Assembly (NCBI GenBank): GCA_965277805.1
Contig: OZ255842.1
Span: forward strand, 5,248,001-5,312,000
Direction: 5' to 3'
Source: Candidatus Lustribacter sp.
Lineage (GTDB): Bacteria > Vulcanimicrobiota > Vulcanimicrobiia > Vulcanimicrobiales > Vulcanimicrobiaceae
Length of the DNA: 64,000 nucleotides
How positions within the stretch are numbered: the first letter of the stretch is position 1; each line of letters opens with the position of its first letter. The notes under the pieces are model-generated. The model searched no databases, was not told the origin of the DNA, and saw only the letters and a list, made by a program, of their open reading frames with translations. Shown in pieces: positions 1-10,252 of this stretch. Position numbers and translations under genes: made by a program.

Positions 1-1933
1 CGAAGCGCCGCGGTCCGATGCGGTCGATCGAGCCGGCGAACACGCCGGCCGATGCGAGGTCGTGCACGAGCGGGCCGCGTTCGTTCGCCGCGATCCGGGC
101 GAGCATTTGCAGCGCGGCTTCGAGCGAACCGCCCGGGTGACGGCGTTCGTAACGGCCGATCAGCGCCAGCACGGCTTCGGCGATGAACGCGCGCCGCGCC
201 GTGCGCGCCGGCGTTTCGCCCGGGCGCGGCGCGAAGATGCCGGCGTCTTCGACGATCGCGCGCGCCGCGGCGGTGCCGGCGTCGCGGGCGTGCAGCGCCC
301 ACGCGTTGCGCCGTTCGCGAAACGCGGCGATGCGTTCGCGCGCGAGGGGCGAGAGATCGTTGTCGCGTTCGCCACGCAGCACGTTCATCGCCAAACGCAC
401 GTCGCGGCGCCGGTCCCAGCGCCGGTCGCCTTCGGGTTCGGCAACCGGCAGCGGGAAGAGCAGCGCTTGCGGATTGGCCGGCTCGCCGCATAGCACGCCG
501 AGTGTCGCATCGCCGAGCGCGAGCATCGGCAAGTCGAGCGCGCGCAAGAGCCACGCATGCTGATACGGATCGACCGCGGCCCAGAGCGCGGCGAGCGCAT
601 CGGCGGCGTCGTGACGCGCGAGCAGGTCGATGTCGCCGTGCAGCGCGACCGGAATGTCCGCATCGACGAGCGCGTCTTCGTAGGCGCCGAGACAACGTGC
701 CGTGCGATGGACGACAGCGATGCGCGCGGGCGGCGTTCCGGTTGCGATCAGTTCGGCGACGCTCGCGGCGACGAACGCGATCTCCGCTTCGCGGGTGGCC
801 GCGCGATGTACGCGCACGGCATCAGCGCTGCCCGGTTGCGGCGCGACCGCGCCCGTCGCGATCGCCCGCGCACACGCCGCGATCGCCGGCGGCACGGCCG
901 GTCCCGGCGGCAATTCGATCGTCGTGGCGGCGAGTTTGAACGTGGCCTCGGGCCGCGCGCCGGCGAACGTGTGAATCGCCGACTGCAACGTTCCGGCGAA
1001 GGTGACGCCGCGCAGCTTCGGTCCGAACAGCGCCTGCAGCAAACGCACCTCGCCGTTGCGCAAGTCGTGGGCGTCGTCGACGAGCGCGATCGTCAGGCGC
1101 TCGCGATACGACGTCGCCAGCGGCGGCTGTTCCTCGAGTAGGCGCGCGGCTTCGGCCAGCGCGTCGATGCCGGTCAGGCAGCCGTGACGCACGAGTTCGT
1201 CGACGTAGGAGCGATAGAGTTTCGCCACGATCTTAGCCAGATCGATTTCGCGCCGGCGTTGACGTTCCAATTCGGCCGGCGCGATGAGCAGCGAACTGCG
1301 GTAGTCGTCCTTCGTGGCCGAAAGCAGGCTCGGGTCGGCGAAGTTCGGCGGCTTGCCGTAGAAGTTGGCCGCACCGCGCAGCGACAGCGCGAGCATCGTC
1401 TCGGGCGAGATGCCGGCGTCGCGCAGCTTGACGATCAGGCGCAGCACGGCGGCAGCGAACCGGTCCGGTGCGCGCAGGCCGCTGATCTCGGGGTCGATGT
1501 CGGCGCCCAGATATTCGGCCCAGTCGGCGGAGAACAGCGGCGCGGCGGCGCGCTCGAAGATCTCCTCGACCTCGTCGGGTTCGAGCAACTCGATGTCGGG
1601 GGCCAGACCGCCCGCGAGCGCGCCGTCGGTGACGATGGCGAACGCCAGCGCGTCGAGCGTGATCCCGGTGAACGGCGCGGCTTCGAACGCCGCGCGAGTC
1701 GCGCCGTCGAGCCGGCTCGCGATGCGCGCGGCGAGATCGCGCCCGCCGGCGGGATGCGAGCTCGCGACGACCGTCGCCTCGGGCGCGATGTTGCTGCCGG
1801 CCAGCAGCGCGGCGTACCGTTGCGCCAGCGCGTCGCTCTTGCCGCTCGCGACGGGCCCCGTGACGAGGATGAGATCGGCGTCGGCCGGCGCCTCGGCGAT
1901 GCGCGGATCGATGCCCTCGAGCGCGCGCATCAT
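1..1933 (-). CDS. UvrD/AdnA-like superfamily-1 helicase with degenerate motifs (3' part runs off the window)
   Basis: Not in the ORF track. My translation from ATG 1933 (ATGA overlap with the upstream stop) stays open to position 1 and gives Walker A-like LVTGPVASGKS, motif II VDDAHD, motif III-like FAGTLQSAIHTFAGA and IAVVHRT. Confidence 0.8.
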   Translation of the reverse strand, partial: MMRALEGIDPRIAEAPADADLILVTGPVASGKSDALAQRYAALLAGSNIAPEATVVASSHPAGGRDLAARIASRLDGATRAAFEAAPFTGITLDALAFAIVTDGALAGGLAPDIELLEPDEVEEIFERAAAPLFSADWAEYLGADIDPEISGLRAPDRFAAAVLRLIVKLRDAGISPETMLALSLRGAANFYGKPPNFADPSLLSATKDDYRSSLLIAPAELERQRRREIDLAKIVAKLYRSYVDELVRHGCLTGIDALAEAARLLEEQPPLATSYRERLTIALVDDAHDLRNGEVRLLQALFGPKLRGVTFAGTLQSAIHTFAGARPEATFKLAATTIELPPGPAVPPAIAACARAIATGAVAPQPGSADAVRVHRAATREAEIAFVAASVAELIATGTPPARIAVVHRTARCLGAYEDALVDADIPVALHGDIDLLARHDAADALAALWAAVDPYQHAWLLRALDLPMLALGDATLGVLCGEPANPQALLFPLPVAEPEGDRRWDRRRDVRLAMNVLRGERDNDLSPLARERIAAFRERRNAWALHARDAGTAAARAIVEDAGIFAPRPGETPARTARRAFIAEAVLALIGRYERRHPGGSLEAALQMLARIAANERGPLVHDLASAGVFAGSIDRIGPRRF

Positions 1934-3819
1934 CGGCCGAACCGTTCTTCGGCCACGGCCGGCCGTTCGCGGCACGAATTCTTGTACGAGCAGTACCGGC
2001 ACGCATCGGGATCGTCGGTCACCGCGTAGTGCGCGATCGTCGGCACGGCCAGCGTTTTCGCGATCTCGATCATGCGCTCGCGCGCGCGCTCGAGATCGGG
2101 AACGCCGATCGACGCGGTGGTGGCGTTGCGGGCGCGGCCGTTCTGAGGCGGGCGCTGCGCGACGACCGTGAGTTCGATCGGTTCGACGTCGAGCAGCGCA
2201 TCCTTGAGCGGGACCAGCGAGAGGCGCGTCACCGTATCGCCCGCCGCCGTGCGCGCCCAATAGTAGAACGGCAGCTGGAATTCGGTGAACGCCAGCACGT
2301 CGGCGAGGTAGTCGCCGGCGCTCTTCGCGATCGCGCCGGTCTTGTAGTCGACGACGGTCACGTTTCCGGTTGCATCGTCGCGGTCGAGGCGGTCGATGTA
2401 GCCGATGAACTGATACTCGCCGAGCTTGACGTCGGTCGCCGTTTCGCAGCCCACCACCTCGAAGGGCGCTTTGCGCGCGCGTTCGATCAGCCAGCTCAAA
2501 TAGCGTTTGGCCGTGCGGCGCGCGCGGCGCTTCTGCAATTCGAACTCGACCGGCGCGTCGAAGCGCGTGCGGTGGCGGTCGAACGCCGACACCATGCAGT
2601 AGTCGAGGAACGAACCGAGCGCCGCCGCGTCGACGTGATCGAACCGCGCGTGCACGCCGTGGAACTCTTCGAGCGCCGCGTGGAACGCGATGCCGTAGAA
2701 CGATGCCGACGATCCGCGATCTTCGACCGCTCCGCAGACGTAGCGGTAGAACCACTTGCGCTCGCACTCGGCGAACGCGTTGAGCGAGGATGCGGAGAAG
2801 ACGGCGCGGCGCGACGTGACCGGCACTTGCGGTTCGCGCGGAACCGCGGGTGCGGGAAACGCCGGAAAATCGGCCGCGCGCTGCGTGCAGCCGCCGAGTT
2901 CCGCTTCGAACTCATCGATCGCATCGGCGGCTTCCCACGCCGGCGCGACGATGCGAGCCGCGTCGAAATCGTGCGCGATACGCTCGAGCGCGGCGAAGGT
3001 GGACGCGTCGAGGCCCAGCACGGCGTTCGCTGCGGCCAGCACGTCGCTCGCGCCCGCGTCGGGCACGCGGTACGCGCGCGCGACCGTGCGCAGCGCGTGC
3101 GCGAACTCGCGGCCGCCGCCTTCCGCGCCGGCGTCGGTGACGTCGAGGACGTTCGCGCCCTCGCCCGCGACGGCGAGCAGCGTGCGCGCGTCGTCGGGTT
3201 CGATCGGCGCGAGTTTGGAACGCAGCGCAGCGCGCGCATCGGCATCGCTCTCCGACGCCGAGAAACGGAGAAACGCGAACAGCCCGGCGGCGCCGACGAG
3301 ATCGAGCGCCGGTGGAACGACCGGTCCCAAATCGAGCGGCTCGAGATGGAACCCGCCCAGCGCCGCGAGCCGGCGCCAGCCGAACGCGCCGTCGTCGGCC
3401 AGCAGCAGCGCGTCGATCGCCAGCGTGTCTTCCGCGTCGTCATCCAAGGCAAAGCTTTCGCCGCCGAGCACGCGGCGCAGTGCCGTGCCGGCATCGACCG
3501 CGTTGATGGATGCGAGCAGCGTGCGATACGCGCCGATCAAGCCCGCGAAGGCGCCGTCCTCGTCGCGATCGATCGCGGCGATAACGCGCGCGGCAAACGA
3601 GGGACTGCGTCGCACGTGGGCCGGAATGGCGAGATCCGCGCGCGTCGCGGCGATGCGGCGTATCAGCGCGCGCCGTTCGCCGTCGTGCAGCACGCGCATC
3701 GCCGTGCCGCGCGTCAAGAGCGCCGCCGGAGAGAGAACGGCATCCGGATCGCCGCCGCCGGAACGAACGAGCACCGGATCGATGCCGTACGCGAGCCGCC
3801 GCTCGTCGACGAGGATCAT
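1930..3819 (-). CDS. PD-(D/E)XK nuclease of the AddB/RecB type with a putative Fe-S staple
   Basis: C-terminal part of ORF 1930..4740: SASSLNAFAECERKWFYRY, GYIDRLDRDD..VVDYKTG, QLPFY, CRYCSYKNSC. Start taken as ATG 3819, which overlaps the upstream stop (ATGA). Confidence 0.85.
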   Translation of the reverse strand: MILVDERRLAYGIDPVLVRSGGGDPDAVLSPAALLTRGTAMRVLHDGERRALIRRIAATRADLAIPAHVRRSPSFAARVIAAIDRDEDGAFAGLIGAYRTLLASINAVDAGTALRRVLGGESFALDDDAEDTLAIDALLLADDGAFGWRRLAALGGFHLEPLDLGPVVPPALDLVGAAGLFAFLRFSASESDADARAALRSKLAPIEPDDARTLLAVAGEGANVLDVTDAGAEGGGREFAHALRTVARAYRVPDAGASDVLAAANAVLGLDASTFAALERIAHDFDAARIVAPAWEAADAIDEFEAELGGCTQRAADFPAFPAPAVPREPQVPVTSRRAVFSASSLNAFAECERKWFYRYVCGAVEDRGSSASFYGIAFHAALEEFHGVHARFDHVDAAALGSFLDYCMVSAFDRHRTRFDAPVEFELQKRRARRTAKRYLSWLIERARKAPFEVVGCETATDVKLGEYQFIGYIDRLDRDDATGNVTVVDYKTGAIAKSAGDYLADVLAFTEFQLPFYYWARTAAGDTVTRLSLVPLKDALLDVEPIELTVVAQRPPQNGRARNATTASIGVPDLERARERMIEIAKTLAVPTIAHYAVTDDPDACRYCSYKNSCRERPAVAEERFGR

Positions 3820-4583
3820 TCCCGTATCTTCGGCGCCGCCTCGATCAAGCCGTTTGCCAGGGCCACATCCGAAGCGCGGTCCACGTTGACGGCCAGTTCC
3901 GGATAGGGGCTCGCGATCGCACCGGCCGGCGCATTCAAGATGGCGCTCGCGCGGCGTTCGGCGGCCGCGATGGTTAGCGACCCCAGCGCGAAGCGCGGCA
4001 TGATGTCCCACCCCAGGAGCGATGCCAGCCGCAGCGGCGATTTGCGGGCGGCGCCGAGATCGTCGAGAATGCCGCGCAGGGCCGGCAAGACGCGCGGTTT
4101 GAGCGCCACCAGCCCGCCGCCGCAGAACCGACCTTCGGCCATTCTCGCCCACGTGTGCGGCACGCTCGGATACGCATCGAGATGATCGCGCTGGCTGACG
4201 ATCGAGTAGGCGAGGTCCAAGTCGCGCGCTTGCGCCGCGGCGAGAAATTCGCTGACCGCGGCGACCGAGAGCACGGGGAGATCCGACGCCGCGATCAAGA
4301 CGAGCTCGTCCGGCGGCAATCCCGCGAGCCCTGCGGTCAAGCTGTCGACCATGCGCGCGCCGTCGGGGCGCCGTTCGTCCGCGGCCGCCAACACCTGCGA
4401 TGCGTGCGTCGCTTGCGGTGCGACCACGATGATGCGCGCGATCTCGGGCGTGCTGCGCAGCACGCCGATCACGCGCTGCACGAGCGCGACGCCGCCGATC
4501 TCCACAAAGGCTTTGTTGGGTACGGCGGTCGCCGTCGCCGAAACGGCATCGGGCGGTCCGCCGGCGAGAACGACCGCGTTCAC
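3816..4583 (-). CDS. MobA-like nucleotidyltransferase family protein
   Basis: NAVVLAGG...NKAFVEIGG, SDLP and VNVD motifs; GTG start overlaps the ispE stop. Confidence 0.8.
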   Translation of the reverse strand: MNAVVLAGGPPDAVSATATAVPNKAFVEIGGVALVQRVIGVLRSTPEIARIIVVAPQATHASQVLAAADERRPDGARMVDSLTAGLAGLPPDELVLIAASDLPVLSVAAVSEFLAAAQARDLDLAYSIVSQRDHLDAYPSVPHTWARMAEGRFCGGGLVALKPRVLPALRGILDDLGAARKSPLRLASLLGWDIMPRFALGSLTIAAAERRASAILNAPAGAIASPYPELAVNVDRASDVALANGLIEAAPKIRE

Positions 4584-5470
4584 GCCGCGCCCGGCCGGCG
4601 CCACTCGTTCGCGGTCGCCAGCGGCACGACATAGAGCCTTGCGCCGGCGGGCAATGCGATTGCCTCGGCGAGAGCGCGCGCGGCGGCTTCGCCGGGCAAC
4701 AGCGCGAAGGTTGCGCCGCCCGAACCCGAGAGCATCGCATGCGCGGCGCCGGCGTCGCGCAATGCGCGCAATGCGGCCGCCACCGGCGGATATGCGTCCG
4801 CGATCAGTGGTTCGAAGTCATTGGTCGCGGCGCTGATGGCCGCGGCGTAATCCGCGCGCTGCACTGCTTCGAGCGCCCGGATGCTGGCCGATTCCGCGCG
4901 CGCACGCGTCTGCGCGGGAACGCCGGCGCGCTCGGCGGCCAAACGCCGATAGGCATCGCCGGTGTCGACGTGCACGTCGGGCGCGACGATGACGACCCAC
5001 CACGGCGGCAGCGCGCCGAGGGCCGTCACGCGTTCGCCGGTGCCTTCGACGAGCGCGCCGGTGCCGGTGAGAAAGAACGGGATGTCGGAGCCGAGCGCGC
5101 GCGCTGCGGCTATCCAGTCCTGCGGCGCAACCGCGCCCAGCGTGCCGTCGATCGCCGCGCGCAGGATCGCGGCGGCGTCGGAGGAGCCGCCGCCGAGTCC
5201 GGCGCCGACCGGAATGCGTTTGCGCAACGCGACCGCCAGCGGCGCGTGCGAGATGCCGGCGGCGGCAAACGCGCGCACGACGAGATTGTCGCCGTTATCG
5301 CCGGCGAGCGCGGGTTCGCACGAAAACGCGAAGCGCTCGGCCGGTTCGATCGCGATCTCATCTTCGAGCGCGACCGGCAGCATGATGCTGCGCAGACGAT
5401 GATAGCCGTCGTCTTGACGGTTGAGGATTTCCAGCGTGAGATTGACTTTGGCGGGCGCCCGGGCGATCAC
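4580..5470 (-). CDS. ispE: 4-diphosphocytidyl-2-C-methyl-D-erythritol kinase
   Basis: APAKVNLTL, KRIPVGAGLGGGSSDAA, LGSDIPFF, MLSGSG motifs. Confidence 0.95.
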   Translation of the reverse strand: MIARAPAKVNLTLEILNRQDDGYHRLRSIMLPVALEDEIAIEPAERFAFSCEPALAGDNGDNLVVRAFAAAGISHAPLAVALRKRIPVGAGLGGGSSDAAAILRAAIDGTLGAVAPQDWIAAARALGSDIPFFLTGTGALVEGTGERVTALGALPPWWVVIVAPDVHVDTGDAYRRLAAERAGVPAQTRARAESASIRALEAVQRADYAAAISAATNDFEPLIADAYPPVAAALRALRDAGAAHAMLSGSGGATFALLPGEAAARALAEAIALPAGARLYVVPLATANEWRRPGAA

Positions 5471-5496
5471 TAGCGGAGCTTTCGCTACGCGCCCCG

Positions 5497-7959
5497 GTGT
5501 CCCTGATGGGAGGCCGCGTCGGAGAAGTGGGCGTAGCGAACGGCGTGGACGCAAGGTATGATGCGCAGCGTGGAGAGTTCTGCGCGTACGTGCTGTCCGA
5601 ATCGGAAACGCCGTTCGGCCTCACGCTCGGGAACTTTAAGACCTTCGCGACCTCAACGCCCAAGGGCGGCATCCGCGGATTGTGGGATGCGGACACCGAC
5701 CAGATCATCTTCGGCGCGCACCAGGTCGCCTATCGCGTCGGCGATCATCCGACGCTCTTTCCGCAGCAGATCACGCGGGAGCTCACGTTCTTACCGTACG
5801 CGCAGATCGCGGAGTTCGAGGTCGCGGCCGGGCTGCGCGTGACCGAGGCGTTCTACGTTCCGCACGGGCCCAAGCACGATCGCGTCGTCAGCTTCGTCGT
5901 CGACATCACGATCCACAATCCGGGCGCCGAAGCGGCCACGGTCAAGGTGTTCCCGTGGGCGCTCCTGGTCGGCCAGCGTTTCTACGGCGAACCGGAAAAG
6001 GAAGTGCGCGCGAGTCGTGAGGGCGACTTCATCCGGAGCTTCGGTGAAGATTCGGGCTATGCGCGCTGGTGGGGCGGCTCGCGCAAGCCGGCGGCCGTCG
6101 TTGTGGCACTGCGCGAGCAGTCGCTGCTCGGCGCGATGCGCGACGGCGATCTGGCACCGGCCGTGCACCTCGATGAAGTAACCCCGCAACTCGCCGAGTT
6201 CGTGAACCGCCGCATCTTCGGCGCGCTCGAGTACGTGATCGACGTCGAAGCCGGCGCGCGCGAAAGCCTGCGGGTCGCGGTCGTGTTTCATAAGGACGGC
6301 GATGCGGCGTCGAAGCCGGTGCTCGAGCAGCTGCTGGGCGATGACACCGCGCTGCACGAGACGCAGCGCTACTACGCGCGTCACCTCGCCGACGCACGCT
6401 TGATGACGCCCTCGCCGCTCGTGAACCGCGGCGTCGTGTGGGCGAAAGTCAACATGCTGCGCGTGATCAAGGAATATCCGCAGGGCTGGGGCTCGACGAA
6501 TTCCCCGCCGTCGGACATCCTGGTCTCGCGCGACACGTCGTGGTTCGTGCACGGCTACGACTACCTCTTGCCCGAGTTCAGCCGCAACGCGATCGAGCTC
6601 TTCAACCGCTTTCTCGAACCGAGCGGGCAGGTGGTCGAATACGTGCGCGGCGTCAACGGCTTCAAGACGTCCTACGAGCTCAACATCAACGACGACACCC
6701 CGTTGCACATCATCGCGATCCTGCACCACTATAACGCGACGCTCGACGATGCGTGGCTGCACGGCGTGTACCCGCTCGTGCGCAAGATCACCGACTACAT
6801 GCTCTCGCAGCGCGACGCCAACGGCTTGATCTACTGCAAGGCCGCCGGGGTCGACATGTTCGGCATCACGTCGTGGCGCAACATCATCCCGTACTACACG
6901 CTCGACGGCGCGGTCACCGAGATCAACGCCGAAGCGTACTACGCGGTCGAGGCGGCGGCGAAGCTTGCGGCGATTTGCGAAGCGAACGACGACTGGAGCC
7001 GCTGGGCCGGCGAAGCGAACGCGCTGCGCGCGGCGATCCTGGCGAAACTCTACAACGCCGACACGTCCGCCTTCGTCCTCAACTACGATCAAGACGGGAA
7101 CTATCAGGACAACTTTACGGCCGACGAAATCTTCCCCGTGCTTTTCGACGTGGCCGACGAGCCGGCGCGCAAGGTGATCCTCAAGCGATTGCTCGAGCCC
7201 GACTTCGTTACGCCGGTCGGTTTGCGCACGATCTCGACGGCCGATAGCTGGTACTTTCCCTCGCACGGCTTCGGGCTGCTCGGCGGCGTGTGGCCGGATC
7301 TCACCCTGTGGTTCGCGGTGGCGCTGGCACGAAACGGGTCGCACCGCCAGGCGGTGAATTTTCTCGAGGTGATCTACGCATCGATGGAAGCGGGAACCGC
7401 GCGCAATACGGTCCCCGGTCAGTTCGGGGAATGGTTCGACGGCGGCTCGCTGACCAATCGCGGCATGTATCTCTCGCCCTGGACGGGCGCAAAGTATCTG
7501 TGGGCCGTGGCGGAGACCGTCTGCGGGATCGACGGCTACCGCACGAGCGGGCGCCTGCACTTCGTGCCCCGGGTGCCGCCGGAGTGGCGGTGGACGGCGG
7601 CCGCACGCGTGCATTGGGGCGGCAAACGCCACACCTACGTGATGGACCATGTCGGCAAGCGCATCATCGGCGACGTTCAGGCGGCCTCGGCCGACGAGCC
7701 GTACACGGTGTTTTATGCCGGCCGCGATGTCAGCGACGAGGCGACCGTCTCGCCGGTCGACGTCGCTGCGATCGTGTTCGAGGACGACGCCAACGCCCTG
7801 CGGCTGTTCGTCTGCAACCCCGCCGACCAGGCCCGGCACGTCGCGATCGAGTTCCGGGGCCGGATGATCCGCAAGAGCATCGAAGCGGGCGCCATGCTGG
7901 AACTGGTGCTGAGCGGCCACCCGCGGCTCGTCGACGCGATGCCGGTGGCCCTTGCGTAG
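5497..7959 (+). CDS. Six-hairpin glycoside hydrolase (amylo-alpha-1,6-glucosidase/glycogen-debranching-like); real start may be GTG 5527 or 5545
   Basis: 820-aa ORF with strong coding-like codon use; SRDTSW, EINAEAYYA, TPVGLRT, GGVWP and GEWFDG motifs typical of (alpha/alpha)6 glycosidases. Confidence 0.7.
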   Translation: MSLMGGRVGEVGVANGVDARYDAQRGEFCAYVLSESETPFGLTLGNFKTFATSTPKGGIRGLWDADTDQIIFGAHQVAYRVGDHPTLFPQQITRELTFLPYAQIAEFEVAAGLRVTEAFYVPHGPKHDRVVSFVVDITIHNPGAEAATVKVFPWALLVGQRFYGEPEKEVRASREGDFIRSFGEDSGYARWWGGSRKPAAVVVALREQSLLGAMRDGDLAPAVHLDEVTPQLAEFVNRRIFGALEYVIDVEAGARESLRVAVVFHKDGDAASKPVLEQLLGDDTALHETQRYYARHLADARLMTPSPLVNRGVVWAKVNMLRVIKEYPQGWGSTNSPPSDILVSRDTSWFVHGYDYLLPEFSRNAIELFNRFLEPSGQVVEYVRGVNGFKTSYELNINDDTPLHIIAILHHYNATLDDAWLHGVYPLVRKITDYMLSQRDANGLIYCKAAGVDMFGITSWRNIIPYYTLDGAVTEINAEAYYAVEAAAKLAAICEANDDWSRWAGEANALRAAILAKLYNADTSAFVLNYDQDGNYQDNFTADEIFPVLFDVADEPARKVILKRLLEPDFVTPVGLRTISTADSWYFPSHGFGLLGGVWPDLTLWFAVALARNGSHRQAVNFLEVIYASMEAGTARNTVPGQFGEWFDGGSLTNRGMYLSPWTGAKYLWAVAETVCGIDGYRTSGRLHFVPRVPPEWRWTAAARVHWGGKRHTYVMDHVGKRIIGDVQAASADEPYTVFYAGRDVSDEATVSPVDVAAIVFEDDANALRLFVCNPADQARHVAIEFRGRMIRKSIEAGAMLELVLSGHPRLVDAMPVALA

Positions 7960-7978
7960 CCGGCGCCCCCGCACGGCA

Positions 7979-8347
7979 ATGGCGCTGGTCGGGATGGGCA
8001 TCGTTCTGCTGGCAGCCGTGGCGGTCGGTCAGCAAATCGGCGAGCACACGATCTTCGGCGCCACCGGGCACCGGGTCGAGATTCCGGAGCCCACGATCAC
8101 GCCGGTCGCGGCCGAGACGGGCCCGGCCGAGGAGATCTCGCGCAATTGGAAGCGCTTGCAAGTGGTCTCGGTGGCCACCGACCCGGCCTTTCCGGACCCG
8201 CGCGTGACCCCGCGGCCGACGCCTTCGCCGCGCCCAACGCCATCGCCCAAGCCGTCTCCGACCATCAACCCGGCCGAGCTCTACACGGCGCCGCCGCTGT
8301 TCCAGCCGACGCCCTCGGCGGCCCCGATTGCGACCCCCAGCCCCTGA
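7979..8347 (+). CDS. Small membrane-anchored or secreted Pro/Thr-rich protein
   Basis: Hydrophobic N-terminus ([17 protein letters not shown]) and [18 protein letters not shown] repeats. Confidence 0.6.
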   Translation: MALVGMGIVLLAAVAVGQQIGEHTIFGATGHRVEIPEPTITPVAAETGPAEEISRNWKRLQVVSVATDPAFPDPRVTPRPTPSPRPTPSPKPSPTINPAELYTAPPLFQPTPSAAPIATPSP

Positions 8348-8349
8348 CA

Positions 8350-8378
8350 TTGCACGAAATCGCAAATCCTGGGACAAT
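8350..8378 (+). promoter_or_regulatory. Putative sigma70 promoter of pdxS, likely leaderless
   Basis: TTGCAC-17 nt-GACAAT with a TG extension, 7 nt before ATG 8386; no SD. Confidence 0.5.
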
Positions 8379-8385
8379 AGACGGT

Positions 8386-9285
8386 ATGGATTCGCAAAAG
8401 CACACCGGAACCGATACCGTCAAGCGTGGTTTAGCCCAGATGCTCAAGGGCGGCGTCATCATGGACGTCGTCACGCCGGAGCAAGCCGTCGTGGCCCAGG
8501 AGGCCGGCGCGGTTGCCGTCATGGCGCTCGAACGCATCCCGGCCGACATCCGCCGCGACGGCGGCGTGGCGCGCATGAGCGACCTCGAGCTGATCGCGCG
8601 CATCATGGATGCCGTCACGATTCCGGTCATGGCGAAAGTCCGCATCGGCCATCTGGCGGAAGCGCAAACGCTGCAGGCGCTCGGCGTCGACTTCATCGAC
8701 GAGTCCGAAGTGCTCACGCCGGCCGATGACAAGTATCACGTGAACAAACACAAGTACGACGTGCCGTTCGTGTGCGGAGCGCGCGATCTGGGCGAAGCGC
8801 TGCGGCGAATTGCCGAAGGCGCCGCGATGATTCGCAGCAAGGGCGAAGCGGGCAGCGGCAACATCGTCGAGGCCGTGCGCCACATCCGCGCGATCACCGA
8901 TGAGATCAACATCCTCTCGGCGATTCCGGAAGAAGAACTCGTCGCGCGCGCGCGCGATCTGGGCGCGCCGCTCGATCTCGTGCAGTACGTCGCGCGTGAG
9001 AAGAAGCTGCCGGTCGTGCTGTTCTGCGCCGGCGGCGTCTCGACGCCGGCCGATGCCGCGCTGATGATGCAGCTCGGCGCCGAGGGCATTTTCGTCGGCA
9101 GCGGCATCTTCAAGTCCAAACAGCCGGCGAAGTTTGCCAAAGCGATCGTCGATGCGACCACGCACTACAACGACCCGGCTGTAATCGTTGCCGCTCACCG
9201 CGAACTCGCGGGCGCGGCCGCGATGCCCGGCATCGACCTGCGCGGCTTAGCCGAAAACGAACTCCTCGCGTCGCGCGGGAATTAA
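8386..9285 (+). CDS. pdxS: Pyridoxal 5'-phosphate synthase lyase subunit
   Basis: [53 protein letters not shown]. Confidence 0.97.
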   Translation: MDSQKHTGTDTVKRGLAQMLKGGVIMDVVTPEQAVVAQEAGAVAVMALERIPADIRRDGGVARMSDLELIARIMDAVTIPVMAKVRIGHLAEAQTLQALGVDFIDESEVLTPADDKYHVNKHKYDVPFVCGARDLGEALRRIAEGAAMIRSKGEAGSGNIVEAVRHIRAITDEINILSAIPEEELVARARDLGAPLDLVQYVAREKKLPVVLFCAGGVSTPADAALMMQLGAEGIFVGSGIFKSKQPAKFAKAIVDATTHYNDPAVIVAAHRELAGAAAMPGIDLRGLAENELLASRGN

Positions 9286-9300
9286 CGCCAGAGCAAAATC

Positions 9301-9873
9301 TTGAAACGGATTGGGGTTCTCGCACTGCAGGGCGATGTGGTGGAACATCTGCACGCCTTGCGGCGTTCGGGCGTTGAAGCGTTCGAGGTGAAGAACGAGC
9401 GCGATTTGGCGAGCGCCGATGCGCTCATCGTGCCGGGCGGCGAATCGACGACCGTGATCCGCTTGCTCGAGCGGTTCGGTTTGGTCGAGCCTATCAAGGC
9501 TCGCGTGCGCGACGGCATGCCGTTTTGGGGCACGTGCATGGGGATGATCGTTGCCGCGAGCGACGTCGCCGATTTGGAACAGGACACGTTGGGTTTGCTC
9601 GACATCACGGTGCGCCGCAACGCGTTCGGACGCCAGATCGCGTCAGCCGAAGTCGATTTGGACGTGCCGGTGCTCGGCCCCGAGCCGTTTCCGGCGATCT
9701 TCATCCGCGCACCGTGGGTCGAGCGCGCCGGCGCCGGCGTGGACGTGCTCGCATCGCAAGATGGGCACGGCGTGTTCGTGCGTCAGGGCAACGTGATCGG
9801 TACGTCGTTTCATCCCGAACTGACGGGCGACGACCGGCTGCACGAATATTTTATTGCGCTGCTGAAAGCGTAA
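9301..9873 (+). CDS. pdxT: PLP synthase glutaminase subunit
   Basis: IGVLALQG, PGGESTT, GTCMGMI, RNAFGRQ, FHPEL. Confidence 0.97.
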   Translation: MKRIGVLALQGDVVEHLHALRRSGVEAFEVKNERDLASADALIVPGGESTTVIRLLERFGLVEPIKARVRDGMPFWGTCMGMIVAASDVADLEQDTLGLLDITVRRNAFGRQIASAEVDLDVPVLGPEPFPAIFIRAPWVERAGAGVDVLASQDGHGVFVRQGNVIGTSFHPELTGDDRLHEYFIALLKA

Positions 9874-10252
9874 AGATCATTCGCACGTGCGTGCCGTCGC
9901 CGACGTCGACGGTGACGTTTTGCGCGATCGCTTTCACGATCTTCATACCGAAGCCGCGGTTGGGGCGCGGCGCCCGCTCGATGAACGTTCCGCGATCGAA
10001 CACGTCGACGGCGAGGGTATCGTCGCCATCGAGCCGTGCCAGCAGCTCGATCTCGTTTTCGTCCCGGCCTTCGTAGGCGTGTTCGACGACGTTTGCGAGC
10101 GCCTCACCAACGGCCGTAAGAATGTCGTCGCGCTGCGAATCGGCGACGCGGCCCGATGCGGTAAGAAAAGCCTCCACGGCATGACGAATCGGTCGCGCGG
10201 CTTCGGGGCGTGCAATGCGATTGATCCGCAGCTCCGAATAGCCGCCCATCAT
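9851..10252 (-). CDS. RsbW/SpoIIAB-like anti-sigma factor serine kinase
   Basis: AVGEALANVVEHAY, VFDRG and RGFGMKIV HATPase boxes. Confidence 0.85.
   Translation of the reverse strand: MMGGYSELRINRIARPEAARPIRHAVEAFLTASGRVADSQRDDILTAVGEALANVVEHAYEGRDENEIELLARLDGDDTLAVDVFDRGTFIERAPRPNRGFGMKIVKAIAQNVTVDVGDGTHVRMIFTLSAAQ

Noticed and set aside
1930-4740. 936-aa ORF as a single protein
   Set aside because: The first ~300 aa are off-frame read-through of ispE and the NTP-transferase. The ATGA overlap supports a start at 3819.
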